NCBI GenBank assembly: GCA_046542605.1
Contig: JBKHAZ010000001.1
Span: 1 to 40,741 of the forward strand
Reading direction: 5' to 3'
Origin: Oceanicaulis sp.
GTDB taxonomy: Bacteria; Pseudomonadota; Alphaproteobacteria; Caulobacterales; Maricaulaceae
Length of the DNA: 40,741 nucleotides
Under the pieces are notes generated by a model. It did not search any database, had not been told where the DNA came from, and was given only the letters and a program-made list of their open reading frames with translations. Made by a program: the position numbers and the translations under genes. Position 1 is the first letter of the stretch; each line of letters begins with the position of its first letter. This document shows, piece by piece, positions 8,520 to 17,104 of this stretch.

Positions 8520-10063
8520 GCGTCGCGCCAGGCGTCGATGCGCGCTTCGTAATCGCCATCGCGCGCCACCCGGTCATGACCCTGGGCGAGGAAGAGGCGG
8601 TAGACCCGCTCGCGTTCGCCCCCAAGCGGCACCCGGATTTCCCCGGCGGGCTCGAACCGGTCGAAATCGCGCGCGATGAGCGGGATTTCGCGCGGACGCT
8701 CCGACACGACCAGAACCGGCCCGTCGACGCCGCGCGGCAGCGGCCATTCGGCCTCGGCGAAATTGTGCGCGCCGGGGTGGCGCAGCCACATGTAGAGCGG
8801 GGCGTCGAACACGCCGTAGCGCTGCATCTGGTGAAAGTCGTTGCGATTGTCGAAGGCGAGCGCGGCCGCGCCGGTGCGCGCGGCGGCCTGTTCGACGAGG
8901 GCGGCGGTCTGCGGCCATTGGCGTACGCGCTTGTAGGCGTTGGCGAGTCCGGCCGCATCGGACAGGGGCGTGGACGCGGCGAAGGTCAACAGCGCGACGC
9001 CTCCGGCCACATGCAGCACCAGGGTCGCCAGCAGCGCGCCGCGCCGCCAGGCCGGGCCGCGCAGGAGAAACCAGGCCAGCAGGATCGTGCCCGCGCCGTA
9101 GGCCGAAGCCGCCCAGTTGGCGTGGGCGCGGCTGATGAAGGCCTGCACCGAGACGATGAGGATCGGCGGCGCGGTGAACAGGACGAGCATCAGCCGCGGG
9201 CGGGCCTGGTCCCAGCCGCGTGCGCTGTTGGCGCAGACCTGAACGACGGCGATGACCAGCGCGATGAAGGCGACCGGTCCGAACACGCCCAGCTGGCCGG
9301 TGAGGAAATCGAAGATATCCTCGAAATTGAACAGCTGTCCGCCCCAGTTCGCATTGGCGGCCGTGTGGCTGACCGTGGCGAAGTCGTTCGCGGCGTTCCA
9401 GGCGAGATTGCCTGAAAGCAGGAGCAGGACCATCGCCCCGGCCGCCGCGCCCTGCAGCGAAACCAGCGCCCGGCGAACCGGCGCATCCATCAGGACCGAC
9501 AGCCCCGCGCCGAGCAGGAAATAGATCGCGGCGTATTTGGCGAGAAAGGCCCACCCGATCGCCACGCCGAGCCCGATCGCGTGCGGCCAGCTGGGCCCCT
9601 CGCGCAGACGCGCGAGGCAATAAAGCCCCGCCGACCAGCCGGTCATCAGGACCGCGTCGGTGGAGATGATCTGGCTCGACAGCCATACGCCCGGCATGAC
9701 CGACCATAAAATCGCGGCGAGCGCGCCGGTGCGCCCATCGAACAGGCGCGCCGCGGCGAGCCCGAGAAAGCCGGCCGTGGCCGCATGCAGGAACGGTGCG
9801 GCCAGACGCACCGCCCAGTCGGCGTTTCCGAACACCGCGGTGGTCGATGCGATCACCCAGGCGATGAGCGGCGGCTTGGAGAAATAGCCCCAGTCCAGAT
9901 CGCGCGACCAGAGCCAGTACTGGGTCTCGTCGGCGTAAAGGCTGTTGGGATCGGCGATCAGCGCCGCCAGGCGCACAAGCACCAGCCCGGCGATCACCGC
10001 CGCGGCCGTGCGTGCGGTGAGCAGGCGGTCTGCAAGGCTCGAAGAAGCGGGCGCGTCGGTCAT
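8480..10063 (-). CDS. ArnT/PMT_2-like integral membrane glycosyltransferase (GT-C)
   Basis: 'DETQYWLWSRDLDWGYFSKPP', 'STD', 'LAKY' and many TM helices. Likely start MTDAP at 10063 with a TTGACA -35 upstream. Confidence 0.85.
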   Translation of the reverse strand: MTDAPASSSLADRLLTARTAAAVIAGLVLVRLAALIADPNSLYADETQYWLWSRDLDWGYFSKPPLIAWVIASTTAVFGNADWAVRLAAPFLHAATAGFLGLAAARLFDGRTGALAAILWSVMPGVWLSSQIISTDAVLMTGWSAGLYCLARLREGPSWPHAIGLGVAIGWAFLAKYAAIYFLLGAGLSVLMDAPVRRALVSLQGAAAGAMVLLLLSGNLAWNAANDFATVSHTAANANWGGQLFNFEDIFDFLTGQLGVFGPVAFIALVIAVVQVCANSARGWDQARPRLMLVLFTAPPILIVSVQAFISRAHANWAASAYGAGTILLAWFLLRGPAWRRGALLATLVLHVAGGVALLTFAASTPLSDAAGLANAYKRVRQWPQTAALVEQAAARTGAAALAFDNRNDFHQMQRYGVFDAPLYMWLRHPGAHNFAEAEWPLPRGVDGPVLVVSERPREIPLIARDFDRFEPAGEIRVPLGGERERVYRLFLAQGHDRVARDGDYEARIDAWRDAYGAPDSASEPQT

Positions 10064-10138
10064 GGCGCCTTTTGGCGTGCGGGCGCGGCGTTTGTCAAAA
10101 CCTTCGCCCGGCGCGCCGGCGTGGATCACCTTCGTTGA

Positions 10139-10261
10139 AGACGCAGGCGGCCTCGGCCGTCCGATCTGGGCGCGCCCACCCAGATACAAGTTCTAGACCT
10201 GAACACCGCATCGACAGCGAGCAGCGGCGGCCCGGGATGTCCGGGCCGCTCTTTTCTTTTT
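10139..10261 (+). ncRNA. Candidate small RNA ending at an orphan intrinsic terminator
   Basis: A plus-strand terminator in a divergent intergenic region with no plus-strand gene to end. Upstream hairpins at 10148-10159 and 10164-10185. The 5' end is an estimate. Confidence 0.35.
10226..10261 (+). terminator. Rho-independent terminator (orphan)
   Basis: Stem GCGGCCCGG/CCGGGCCGC with a 5-nt loop, followed by TCTTTTCTTTTT. Confidence 0.8.
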
Positions 10262-10463
10262 GCTGCGCCGCAGGGCGTGTGGCGGCGATGCAACAGCGCG
10301 CGCAAAGGTGACAGAACGCCGTCCGCGCAAAAAAGCCTTTTATCAACGGCTGAAACGAAAGGATTTCGTGCTGAAATCGTCTGTCGCGCGGCATGATTTC
10401 TTTCCCATGAAGGCGCTTAGGAAATCGGCGGACTCTCCGCGGTCGGAGGGCGGCCCCGGCGCG

Positions 10464-10503
10464 CCGTTACATATCTGTCATTTCGCCGTCACCGAACCGT
10501 CAG
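10464..10503 (+). promoter_or_regulatory. Pho box array (PhoB site), four 11-bp-period units
   Basis: CCGTTAC-atat-CTGTCAT-ttcg-CCGTCAC-cgaa-CCGTCAG matches CTGTCAT-N4 repeats. A TA-initiated -10-like element starts 10 nt later (10514). Confidence 0.75.
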
Positions 10504-10585
10504 CCGCCATCGGTAAGCGCCACCCTCGAAGCGGCGGCGTGGGGCTGTCGTGACGATCCCGGTCGATTGAGGGGAAACTCCTACC

Positions 10586-13500
10586 ATGGCGATCTTGAAG
10601 AAACTCAGCTACGGCGCTTCGGCGGCCGCGCTTCTGGCGCTGGCTCCGATGGCGGCGGTTCACGCTCAGCAGACGTCCGCCTCGCTGCGCGGGTCCATCA
10701 CCGATGAGACCGGCGTCGCCGCCGACGGTGCGTCGGTAACGCTGATCCACCTGCCCACCGCGTCTGTAAGGACCGCGACAACGAACGACGCGGGCACCTT
10801 CTCGCTGTCCAACCTGCGCGTCGGCGGCCCTTATCGGATCACCGTTCAACAGGCCGGCTTCGAGCCCTCGATCATCGAGGACGTGACCCTCCAGCCTGGC
10901 TCGCAGAACCCGCTGCGCATCACCCTGCGCCCGGCTTCGCAAACGGACACCGTCACCGTGCGCGGCCAGCGTATCGACAGCCTTTCGCTCGACAACGGCA
11001 TCGGCTCGGTCTTCTCCAGCAGCGACCTGTCGGCCCAGCCTTCGCTGAACCGCGACTTCTCCGACGTGCTGGCGCGCGACCCGCTGGTCAGCTCCAACGG
11101 CTCCGGTGAACTGAACATCGCCGGCCTGTCCTCCAAGCTGAACAGCCTGACGATCGACGGCATCGAAGTGCAGGAAGAGTTCGGCATCAACTCCGACGGC
11201 ATCTTCCCGTCCCAGCGTCCTCCCATCGACATTGACGCCGTTCAGGCGGTGTCGGTCTCCGTCGCCGACTTCTCGGTGCTGAACTCCGGCTTCCAGGGCG
11301 GCCAGGTCAACGTCGTCACCAAGTCGGGCACCAACGAGTTCGACGGCGTGCTGGGCTACTACTTCACCGACGATTCCATGGTCGGCGGCACCGCCTTCGA
11401 TCAGGACGTCAACACCGGCGACTTCACTGAAGAAGAGATCTCCGTCAATGTCGGCGGCCCGATCATCGAAGATCGGCTGTTCTTCTTTGTGAACTACTCC
11501 CAGTTCGAGCGCGAAACGCCGCTGACCTTCAATTTCGGCGACACCGATCCGGAAATCTTCAACCTCGTCCGTGACATCTCGCAAAGCGTCTACGGCTTCG
11601 ATCCGGGCGACAAGAACGCTCTGAACGCCTCCAACGAAACCGATCGCCTGCTGACCAAGTTCGACTGGGTCATCACCGACCAGCACCGCGCCACCTTCAC
11701 CTACCTGAACCTGGAAGAGACCCAGGTCGGCAGCTTCGGCACGTTCGACCTGCCGAGCGCGGCGCGCACCGAGGATCTGGAAACCAACCAGTATTCCGGC
11801 GAGCTGTTCTCCGACTGGACCGACAACTTCTCCACCGTCGTTCGGGTCGGCCTGAAGGAAACCAACTTCAACCGCACCCCGATCGGCCAGGCCGGCGGCG
11901 CGGCCGGCTCCGACTTCTCGGCCATCCAGATCCGCGACATCGCGGCCGACGATCCGTACTTTGCGGCGAACGGCCTCAACGGCTCGGCGCTCATCGGCAC
12001 CTCGCCGATCTCGATCAACCTGGGTCCGGACCGGTTCGACCAGGCCAACGCCATCAATGACGAGCTGTTCACCCTTTACGCCCAGGGCGACTATGTGTTG
12101 GGCGACCACACCATCGCCTTCGGCGGCCGTTGGGAAGACTACTCGGTCGAGAACGTGTTCGTGCCGGGTTCGGCGGGCGTCGCCGTTTCCGAAGGCCTTC
12201 AGACCTTCGCCGACGGTTTCATCGACGAATACTTCGTTGATCTGCCGGCGAGCGGCGATGTCAGCGATGCGATCACGAACCTGTCCTATCAGCAGCTGTC
12301 GCTCTTCGTGCAGGACACCTGGACGGTGACGCCGTCTCTGGATCTGACCGGCGGCCTGCGCTACGAGCGCTTCATCCAGGACGACAGGGCGCCTGAGCGC
12401 CTGCCGGTGACCATCAACGGCGTGACCACCTCGTTCCAGGACGCCTACGGGATTTCCGGACGGGACAATCTGGACGGCGTGGACATCTTCCTGCCGCGCT
12501 TCGGCTTCAACTATTCGTTCAGCGACGACCTGACGCTCCGCGGCGGCTTCGGCCTCTACGCCGGCGGCGATCCGCAGGTCCTGCTTGCGAACCAGTTCGT
12601 GCCGCTGACCTTCCGCGGCTCGCTGGACGACATCGCCAATTTCGACGGCGGCCAGATTCCGCAGGCCGCGCTCGATCAGATCGCGACCGCGGCGGCGAAC
12701 GCCAACGGCGACCGCGTTCCGGCCTTCGGCGTGTTCGATCCGGGCTTCGAGATCCCGTCCCAGTGGCGCTTCGCTCTGGCGGCGGACTATGATCTGAACC
12801 TTGATCGCTTCGGCATGGGCGACGACTACCAGGTCACCCTTCAGCTGGTCCGCAGCGAGGCGAACAACGCCGCGCTGCAGCAGAACCTGCTGTGGTCGGG
12901 CCTGCGCGCGGACATCCCGCAAACCGGCGAGGCGCCGGACGGGCGTCCGATCTACGCCAACATCGATCGTCTGGATATCGCCGGTGCGCCGATCCTGCTC
13001 ACCAACACGGACGAGGGCTTCTCGACCCAGTTCTCGGCCCAGATCGCGAAGACCTATGATTTCGGTTTGACCTTCGACGTCGCCTACACCTGGCAGGAAG
13101 CCGAAGTGGTCAACGATCTCAACTCCAGCCGGGCGATCTCGAACTTCCGCGGCCAGTCCGGCCCGGATCGTCAGAACGGCTCGCTGATCCAGGCGCCCAG
13201 CGCCTCGGAGCACGGCTTCAACGTCTTCCTGCAGTATGAAAACGAGTTCATCGCCGACCTGAATTCGAGCTTCACCCTGTTTGGACGGATCCAGTCCGGC
13301 CGGCCGATCAGCTACGGCATGCGCTCGTTCAACCATCTGTTCGGAAACCCGGCCGATAGCGAGTTCGCCTACGGGAACAATGATCCGCTCTACATCCCGA
13401 CCCTCAACGCGGCCGGGACCGGGTTCGACGATCCCAACGCGACCTTCGCCGATGCGGATGTCGAAGCCGAACTCCTGGAATTCGTTCAGGCCCGCGGCCT

Positions 13501-13924
13501 CGACCAGTACCAGGGCGGCTTCGTGGCGCCGGGCGGCGATCGCGGACCGTGGACCCAGCGCTGGGACTTCGCGTTCGAGCAGGAGCTTCCGGGCGTTCCG
13601 GGCGCGTCGCGCTTCGTGGGCGACAACAATCTGAAGCTCACGCTGGACATCCAGAACGTGCTGAACCTTCTCAACGACGATTGGGGTCAGCGCCTGCAGG
13701 GTCCGAGCTTTGGCGGCGTGACGGTCGCGCGGGTGAACCTCGTCGACACCGACACCGGCAACACGCTGCGCGGCGACGCGGGCGAGCCGGTCTGCGGCGT
13801 CGACACCTCCTGCGTGTACGACTACCAGTTCCTGGAGACGGAGGCCTCGGGCGAGGACGTCATCTCCGAGAACTTCTCCGCCAGCGTCTGGCGCGCCCGC
13901 ATCGGCATCCGTTACGAGTTCTAG
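10586..13924 (+). CDS. TonB-dependent receptor, Oar-like, with N-terminal carboxypeptidase-regulatory-like domain
   Basis: Signal peptide (AVHA-QQ); 'LRGSITDETG...TTNDAGTFSLSNLRVGGPYRI'; plug 'GGQVNVVTKSGTNEFDG'; 'LFVQDTW', 'GGLRYE'; C-terminal 'IGIRYEF'; 1112 aa. Confidence 0.93.
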   Translation: MAILKKLSYGASAAALLALAPMAAVHAQQTSASLRGSITDETGVAADGASVTLIHLPTASVRTATTNDAGTFSLSNLRVGGPYRITVQQAGFEPSIIEDVTLQPGSQNPLRITLRPASQTDTVTVRGQRIDSLSLDNGIGSVFSSSDLSAQPSLNRDFSDVLARDPLVSSNGSGELNIAGLSSKLNSLTIDGIEVQEEFGINSDGIFPSQRPPIDIDAVQAVSVSVADFSVLNSGFQGGQVNVVTKSGTNEFDGVLGYYFTDDSMVGGTAFDQDVNTGDFTEEEISVNVGGPIIEDRLFFFVNYSQFERETPLTFNFGDTDPEIFNLVRDISQSVYGFDPGDKNALNASNETDRLLTKFDWVITDQHRATFTYLNLEETQVGSFGTFDLPSAARTEDLETNQYSGELFSDWTDNFSTVVRVGLKETNFNRTPIGQAGGAAGSDFSAIQIRDIAADDPYFAANGLNGSALIGTSPISINLGPDRFDQANAINDELFTLYAQGDYVLGDHTIAFGGRWEDYSVENVFVPGSAGVAVSEGLQTFADGFIDEYFVDLPASGDVSDAITNLSYQQLSLFVQDTWTVTPSLDLTGGLRYERFIQDDRAPERLPVTINGVTTSFQDAYGISGRDNLDGVDIFLPRFGFNYSFSDDLTLRGGFGLYAGGDPQVLLANQFVPLTFRGSLDDIANFDGGQIPQAALDQIATAAANANGDRVPAFGVFDPGFEIPSQWRFALAADYDLNLDRFGMGDDYQVTLQLVRSEANNAALQQNLLWSGLRADIPQTGEAPDGRPIYANIDRLDIAGAPILLTNTDEGFSTQFSAQIAKTYDFGLTFDVAYTWQEAEVVNDLNSSRAISNFRGQSGPDRQNGSLIQAPSASEHGFNVFLQYENEFIADLNSSFTLFGRIQSGRPISYGMRSFNHLFGNPADSEFAYGNNDPLYIPTLNAAGTGFDDPNATFADADVEAELLEFVQARGLDQYQGGFVAPGGDRGPWTQRWDFAFEQELPGVPGASRFVGDNNLKLTLDIQNVLNLLNDDWGQRLQGPSFGGVTVARVNLVDTDTGNTLRGDAGEPVCGVDTSCVYDYQFLETEASGEDVISENFSASVWRARIGIRYEF

Positions 13925-13953
13925 GACCTGTAGCGCGCCGATCCGGCGACATC

Positions 13954-13995
13954 AAAGAGAGGCGGTCCGGCGTTTGCCGGGCCGCCTTTTCTTTT
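13954..13995 (+). terminator. Rho-independent terminator after the receptor gene (probably bidirectional)
   Basis: AAAGAGAGGCGGTCCGGC-gttt-GCCGGGCCGCCTTTTCTTTT. Confidence 0.85.
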
Positions 13996-14023
13996 ATGAA
14001 ACAAGGTGCTCACAGGCGATCCG

Positions 14024-14057
14024 CCGTCTTCAAACCGTCATGGCGGACCGCTAGAAC
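14024..14057 (+). promoter_or_regulatory. Pho box plus -10 element upstream of phoD
   Basis: CCGTCTT-caaa-CCGTCAT (14024-14041), then exactly 10 nt, then TAGAAC within GCTAGAAC (Caulobacter-type -10). Confidence 0.65.
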
Positions 14058-14093
14058 GCCGATCGAAGAAAGACGAAAAAAGGGGCGATCCTC

Positions 14094-15683
14094 ATGGCGC
14101 GATTTTCTCCGGTGTCCCGCCGGTTCATCCTGGGCTCGGCCGCGGCCGGCGCGGCGGCGTCGCTCGCGTCCGGCTGCCGGGTGTCCGGGCTGGAGGGCCG
14201 ATCCCCGGTCTTCCGCAACGATCCGTTCTCGCTGGGCGTGGCGTCCGGCGATCCGGCGGCGGATGGTTTCGTTCTGTGGACGCGCCTGGCGCCCAACCCG
14301 CTTGACCCGGATGGCGGCATGGCGCCTGAACCCGTGGACGTCGCCTGGGAGATCGCCGATGACGAGGGCTTCACCACCGGCTTGCGCTCCGGCGTCGAAC
14401 GGGCGCTTCCCGGCCACGGCCACGCGGTGCACGCCGAGATTCACGGCCTGCCCGCCGGGCGCACCTATTTTTACCGCTTCCACGCCGGCGGGGTGACGAG
14501 CCCGGTGGGCCGGGCGAAGACCGCGCCGGCCTACGGTGCGGGTCTGGACGCCATGAAGATCGCCTGGGCGAGCTGCGCTCATTACGAGCAGGGCTTCTTC
14601 CACGCCTACCGCGACATGGCGGCGGAAACCGTCGACCTGATCATCCACACCGGCGATTATATTTACGAGAGCAGCTGGGGCCCGCAGGTGCGCCGCCATG
14701 TCGTGCCGGAGCCCTATACGCTTGAAGACTATCGCCAGGTGCACGCGCTTTACCGGCTCGATCCCGATCTGCAGGCCGCCGCGGCCATCGCGCCCTGGCT
14801 GGTGACCTGGGACGATCACGAGGTGGACAACGACTACGCCGGCGACATTTCCGAAGAGCCGGGCGTGAGCGTTGAGGCTTTCCGCGCGCGCCGCCTCGCC
14901 GCGTATCAGGCGTACTGGGAGAACATGCCGCTGCGCCGCCGCTCCATGCTGGAGCGCGCCTCGGGCCGCATGCGCATCTGGGGCCAGACCGTGTTCGGCG
15001 ATCTGGCCGAGGTGAACATGACCGACGGGCGCCAGTTCAAGACGCCCATGGCGTGTCCCACAGACGAGGATCGCGGCGGCCAGCTGATCGCGCGCGATTG
15101 CGCCGAGCGCCTGGATGAAAACCGCACCTATCTCGGCGAGGCGCAGGAGCGCTGGCTGCGTTTCTCGTTCGCCCGCTCCGGCGCGGCGTGGAGCTTCCTG
15201 GTCCAGCCCACCCTGTTTTCCCAGTACCACGGCGCCGACCGGGAGACCGGAGCGCCCAACGCCTGGTCGGACGGTTGGGACGGCTATCCCGCGGCGCGCC
15301 AGCGCCTAGTGGACACGTTCGCTTACCGCGAAGACGCCGATCCCATCGTCTTGGGCGGCGACACCCATTGCTATTGGGTTTCTGAGGTCAAGACCGACTA
15401 TGACGACCCGGCCTCGCCCTCCGTCGCCTCGGAATTCGTCACCACGGCCGTCACCAGCCACCACACCAATCACGACGCCTTCGCGCAGAACGTGCCGAAC
15501 TTCCCGCACATCAAGCATTTCGACGCCCGCGAGCGCGGCTACGGCCTCATCGACCTCACCCGCGAGCGCGCCCTGGTCAGCCTGCGCACCGTGGGCGAGG
15601 TGAAGCGCCGCGACGGCTATGCGCCCGCCGACCAGAAGCAGTACGTGGTGGAACGCGGGGCACGGCGGCCGGCGGAGGTGTAG
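14094..15683 (+). CDS. phoD: Alkaline phosphatase D family phosphatase/phosphodiesterase, Tat-exported, possibly a lipoprotein
   Basis: Twin-arginine 'SRRFILG'; 'FSLGVASGDP', 'LWTRL', 'SC', 'GDYIYE', 'WDDHEVDNDY', 'DGWDGY', 'GDTH'. Confidence 0.93.
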   Translation: MARFSPVSRRFILGSAAAGAAASLASGCRVSGLEGRSPVFRNDPFSLGVASGDPAADGFVLWTRLAPNPLDPDGGMAPEPVDVAWEIADDEGFTTGLRSGVERALPGHGHAVHAEIHGLPAGRTYFYRFHAGGVTSPVGRAKTAPAYGAGLDAMKIAWASCAHYEQGFFHAYRDMAAETVDLIIHTGDYIYESSWGPQVRRHVVPEPYTLEDYRQVHALYRLDPDLQAAAAIAPWLVTWDDHEVDNDYAGDISEEPGVSVEAFRARRLAAYQAYWENMPLRRRSMLERASGRMRIWGQTVFGDLAEVNMTDGRQFKTPMACPTDEDRGGQLIARDCAERLDENRTYLGEAQERWLRFSFARSGAAWSFLVQPTLFSQYHGADRETGAPNAWSDGWDGYPAARQRLVDTFAYREDADPIVLGGDTHCYWVSEVKTDYDDPASPSVASEFVTTAVTSHHTNHDAFAQNVPNFPHIKHFDARERGYGLIDLTRERALVSLRTVGEVKRRDGYAPADQKQYVVERGARRPAEV

Positions 15684-15740
15684 GCGGTGTGATCGGCCGG
15701 CGGCCCGTCTTGCAGGCGGACCAGACGCGCTCTGGGCCGT

Positions 15741-15770
15741 AAAGAAAGCCCCGCCAGAGCCTGGCGGGGC
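15741..15770 (-). terminator. Rho-independent terminator of the diiron protein gene
   Basis: GCCCCGCCAG-N3-CTGGCGGGGC hairpin followed on the minus strand by TTTCTTT. Confidence 0.75.
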
Positions 15771-15814
15771 GGAAGGCGGCGTCGCGAGGGGAGCGAGCCG
15801 AAACTGTGAGCGGC

Positions 15815-16927
15815 CTACTCGGCGTGGCCCGCCGCCGGCGCCGCGGCGCCGTGGGCCGCCACGGCGGCGATATAGTCCTTGCGCGCCTTGTTTGCATCAA
15901 TTTCGCGCGCCACGCGTTCATCGTCGTCCTGAAGCGCCTGCGGGTCAAGCTCTGCAAAGTGCAGAACGCCCATATCGTGGTAGCACTTGCGGATTTTCGG
16001 CCCCCACAGGCCGATATCCTTCACGATGGGGACGATGCGCTGAAACAGCATGGTGCGGTAGAGCTGCACGATCTCGGAATTCTGGGCGAATTCGTCGCAT
16101 TCATCGGCCGGCAGGCCCAGCGTCTCATAGACGATATCACCGCGGGTCATGCGGTCGCGCATGAGATAGCAGGCCTTCACCAGAAACTCCTCGCGCTCAT
16201 CGCGCTCTTTCTGTGTGAGCTGGGGATAGTAGTCGCGCAGCGACACCCGGCCGAAGGCGACGTGGCGGCTTTCATCCTCCATGACATAGGCGTTGACCAT
16301 GCGCGCCAGCGGATTCTGGGCGATGTCGCGGATCGTCCCGAAGGCGGCCAGCGCCAGACCCTCGATCACCACCTGCATGGCCAGATAGGTCACGTCCCAG
16401 CGGCTGTCGGACAGCGCCTGATTGACCAGCACCTGCAAGGGATCGGTCATGGGATAGGCGACGCCGAACTTGCCCAGGAGTTTTTTATAGGCCTCCACAT
16501 GGCGCGCCTCGTCCATCACCTGGGTGGCGGCGTAGAACTTGGAATCCAGATCGGGGACCGACTGCACGATCTTGGAGGCGGCGAGCAGCGCGGCCTGCTC
16601 GCCCTGCAGGAACTGGGAGATGTTCCAGGACTGGGTGTGCCGGCGCAGCTCCGCGCGCTCCTTCGGCGTCATCTTGCGCCAGACGTCGGAGCCGAAGATC
16701 GGCACCGCCTCGTCCGGCATCTCCATGGGGTTTTCCGGGTCGAGATCGAGCTCCCAGTCGATGCGCTCCAGCGCATCCCACTGCATGTCCTTGCCCTTCT
16801 GGTAAAGGTGCAGGAGCGTGGTGCGCCCCTCGTCGAAGCGCCAGTCGAACACGGCCTCGAACTCGTTCGGGACGTGCCAGTGAGCGTCGATGTCGGGCAT
16901 CGGGTAAAGATCGCGCAGCGCGGTCAT
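15815..16927 (-). CDS. Ferritin-like diiron protein (AurF/p-aminobenzoate N-oxygenase-like family)
   Basis: Diiron ligand pattern 'GEQAAL', 'DEARH', 'IEGLAL', 'DESRH'. ATG 16927 follows a strong GGAGGAG. Confidence 0.8.
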   Translation of the reverse strand: MTALRDLYPMPDIDAHWHVPNEFEAVFDWRFDEGRTTLLHLYQKGKDMQWDALERIDWELDLDPENPMEMPDEAVPIFGSDVWRKMTPKERAELRRHTQSWNISQFLQGEQAALLAASKIVQSVPDLDSKFYAATQVMDEARHVEAYKKLLGKFGVAYPMTDPLQVLVNQALSDSRWDVTYLAMQVVIEGLALAAFGTIRDIAQNPLARMVNAYVMEDESRHVAFGRVSLRDYYPQLTQKERDEREEFLVKACYLMRDRMTRGDIVYETLGLPADECDEFAQNSEIVQLYRTMLFQRIVPIVKDIGLWGPKIRKCYHDMGVLHFAELDPQALQDDDERVAREIDANKARKDYIAAVAAHGAAAPAAGHAE

Positions 16928-17025
16928 GGCTCTCCTCCAACTCAAGGTGCGGAAGGCCGTCAGCGCGCCGGATTCACCGCCGGGCGCGCGGGCCCGCCGC
17001 GCCGTCCGCCCTGTCTGGCGCAGGG

Positions 17026-17042
17026 TGTGAACGGCGTTCACA
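17026..17042. promoter_or_regulatory. Perfect 7-3-7 palindromic operator over the predicted start site of the diiron gene
   Basis: TGTGAAC-GGC-GTTCACA lies directly downstream of a minus-strand TTGCCA-N18-CATCCT promoter (17076-17047). Confidence 0.6.
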
Positions 17043-17104
17043 AAACAGGATGAGGGAGGAGCCGGGGGTTTGGCAACCCTTTTTCAGCGCGGGCCGGGCG
17101 CCGG

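Noticed and set aside
10478-13336. 952-aa antisense ORF opposite the TonB-dependent receptor
   Set aside because: Shadow of a strongly codon-biased high-GC gene; no recognisable motifs, while the sense ORF has a complete receptor architecture.
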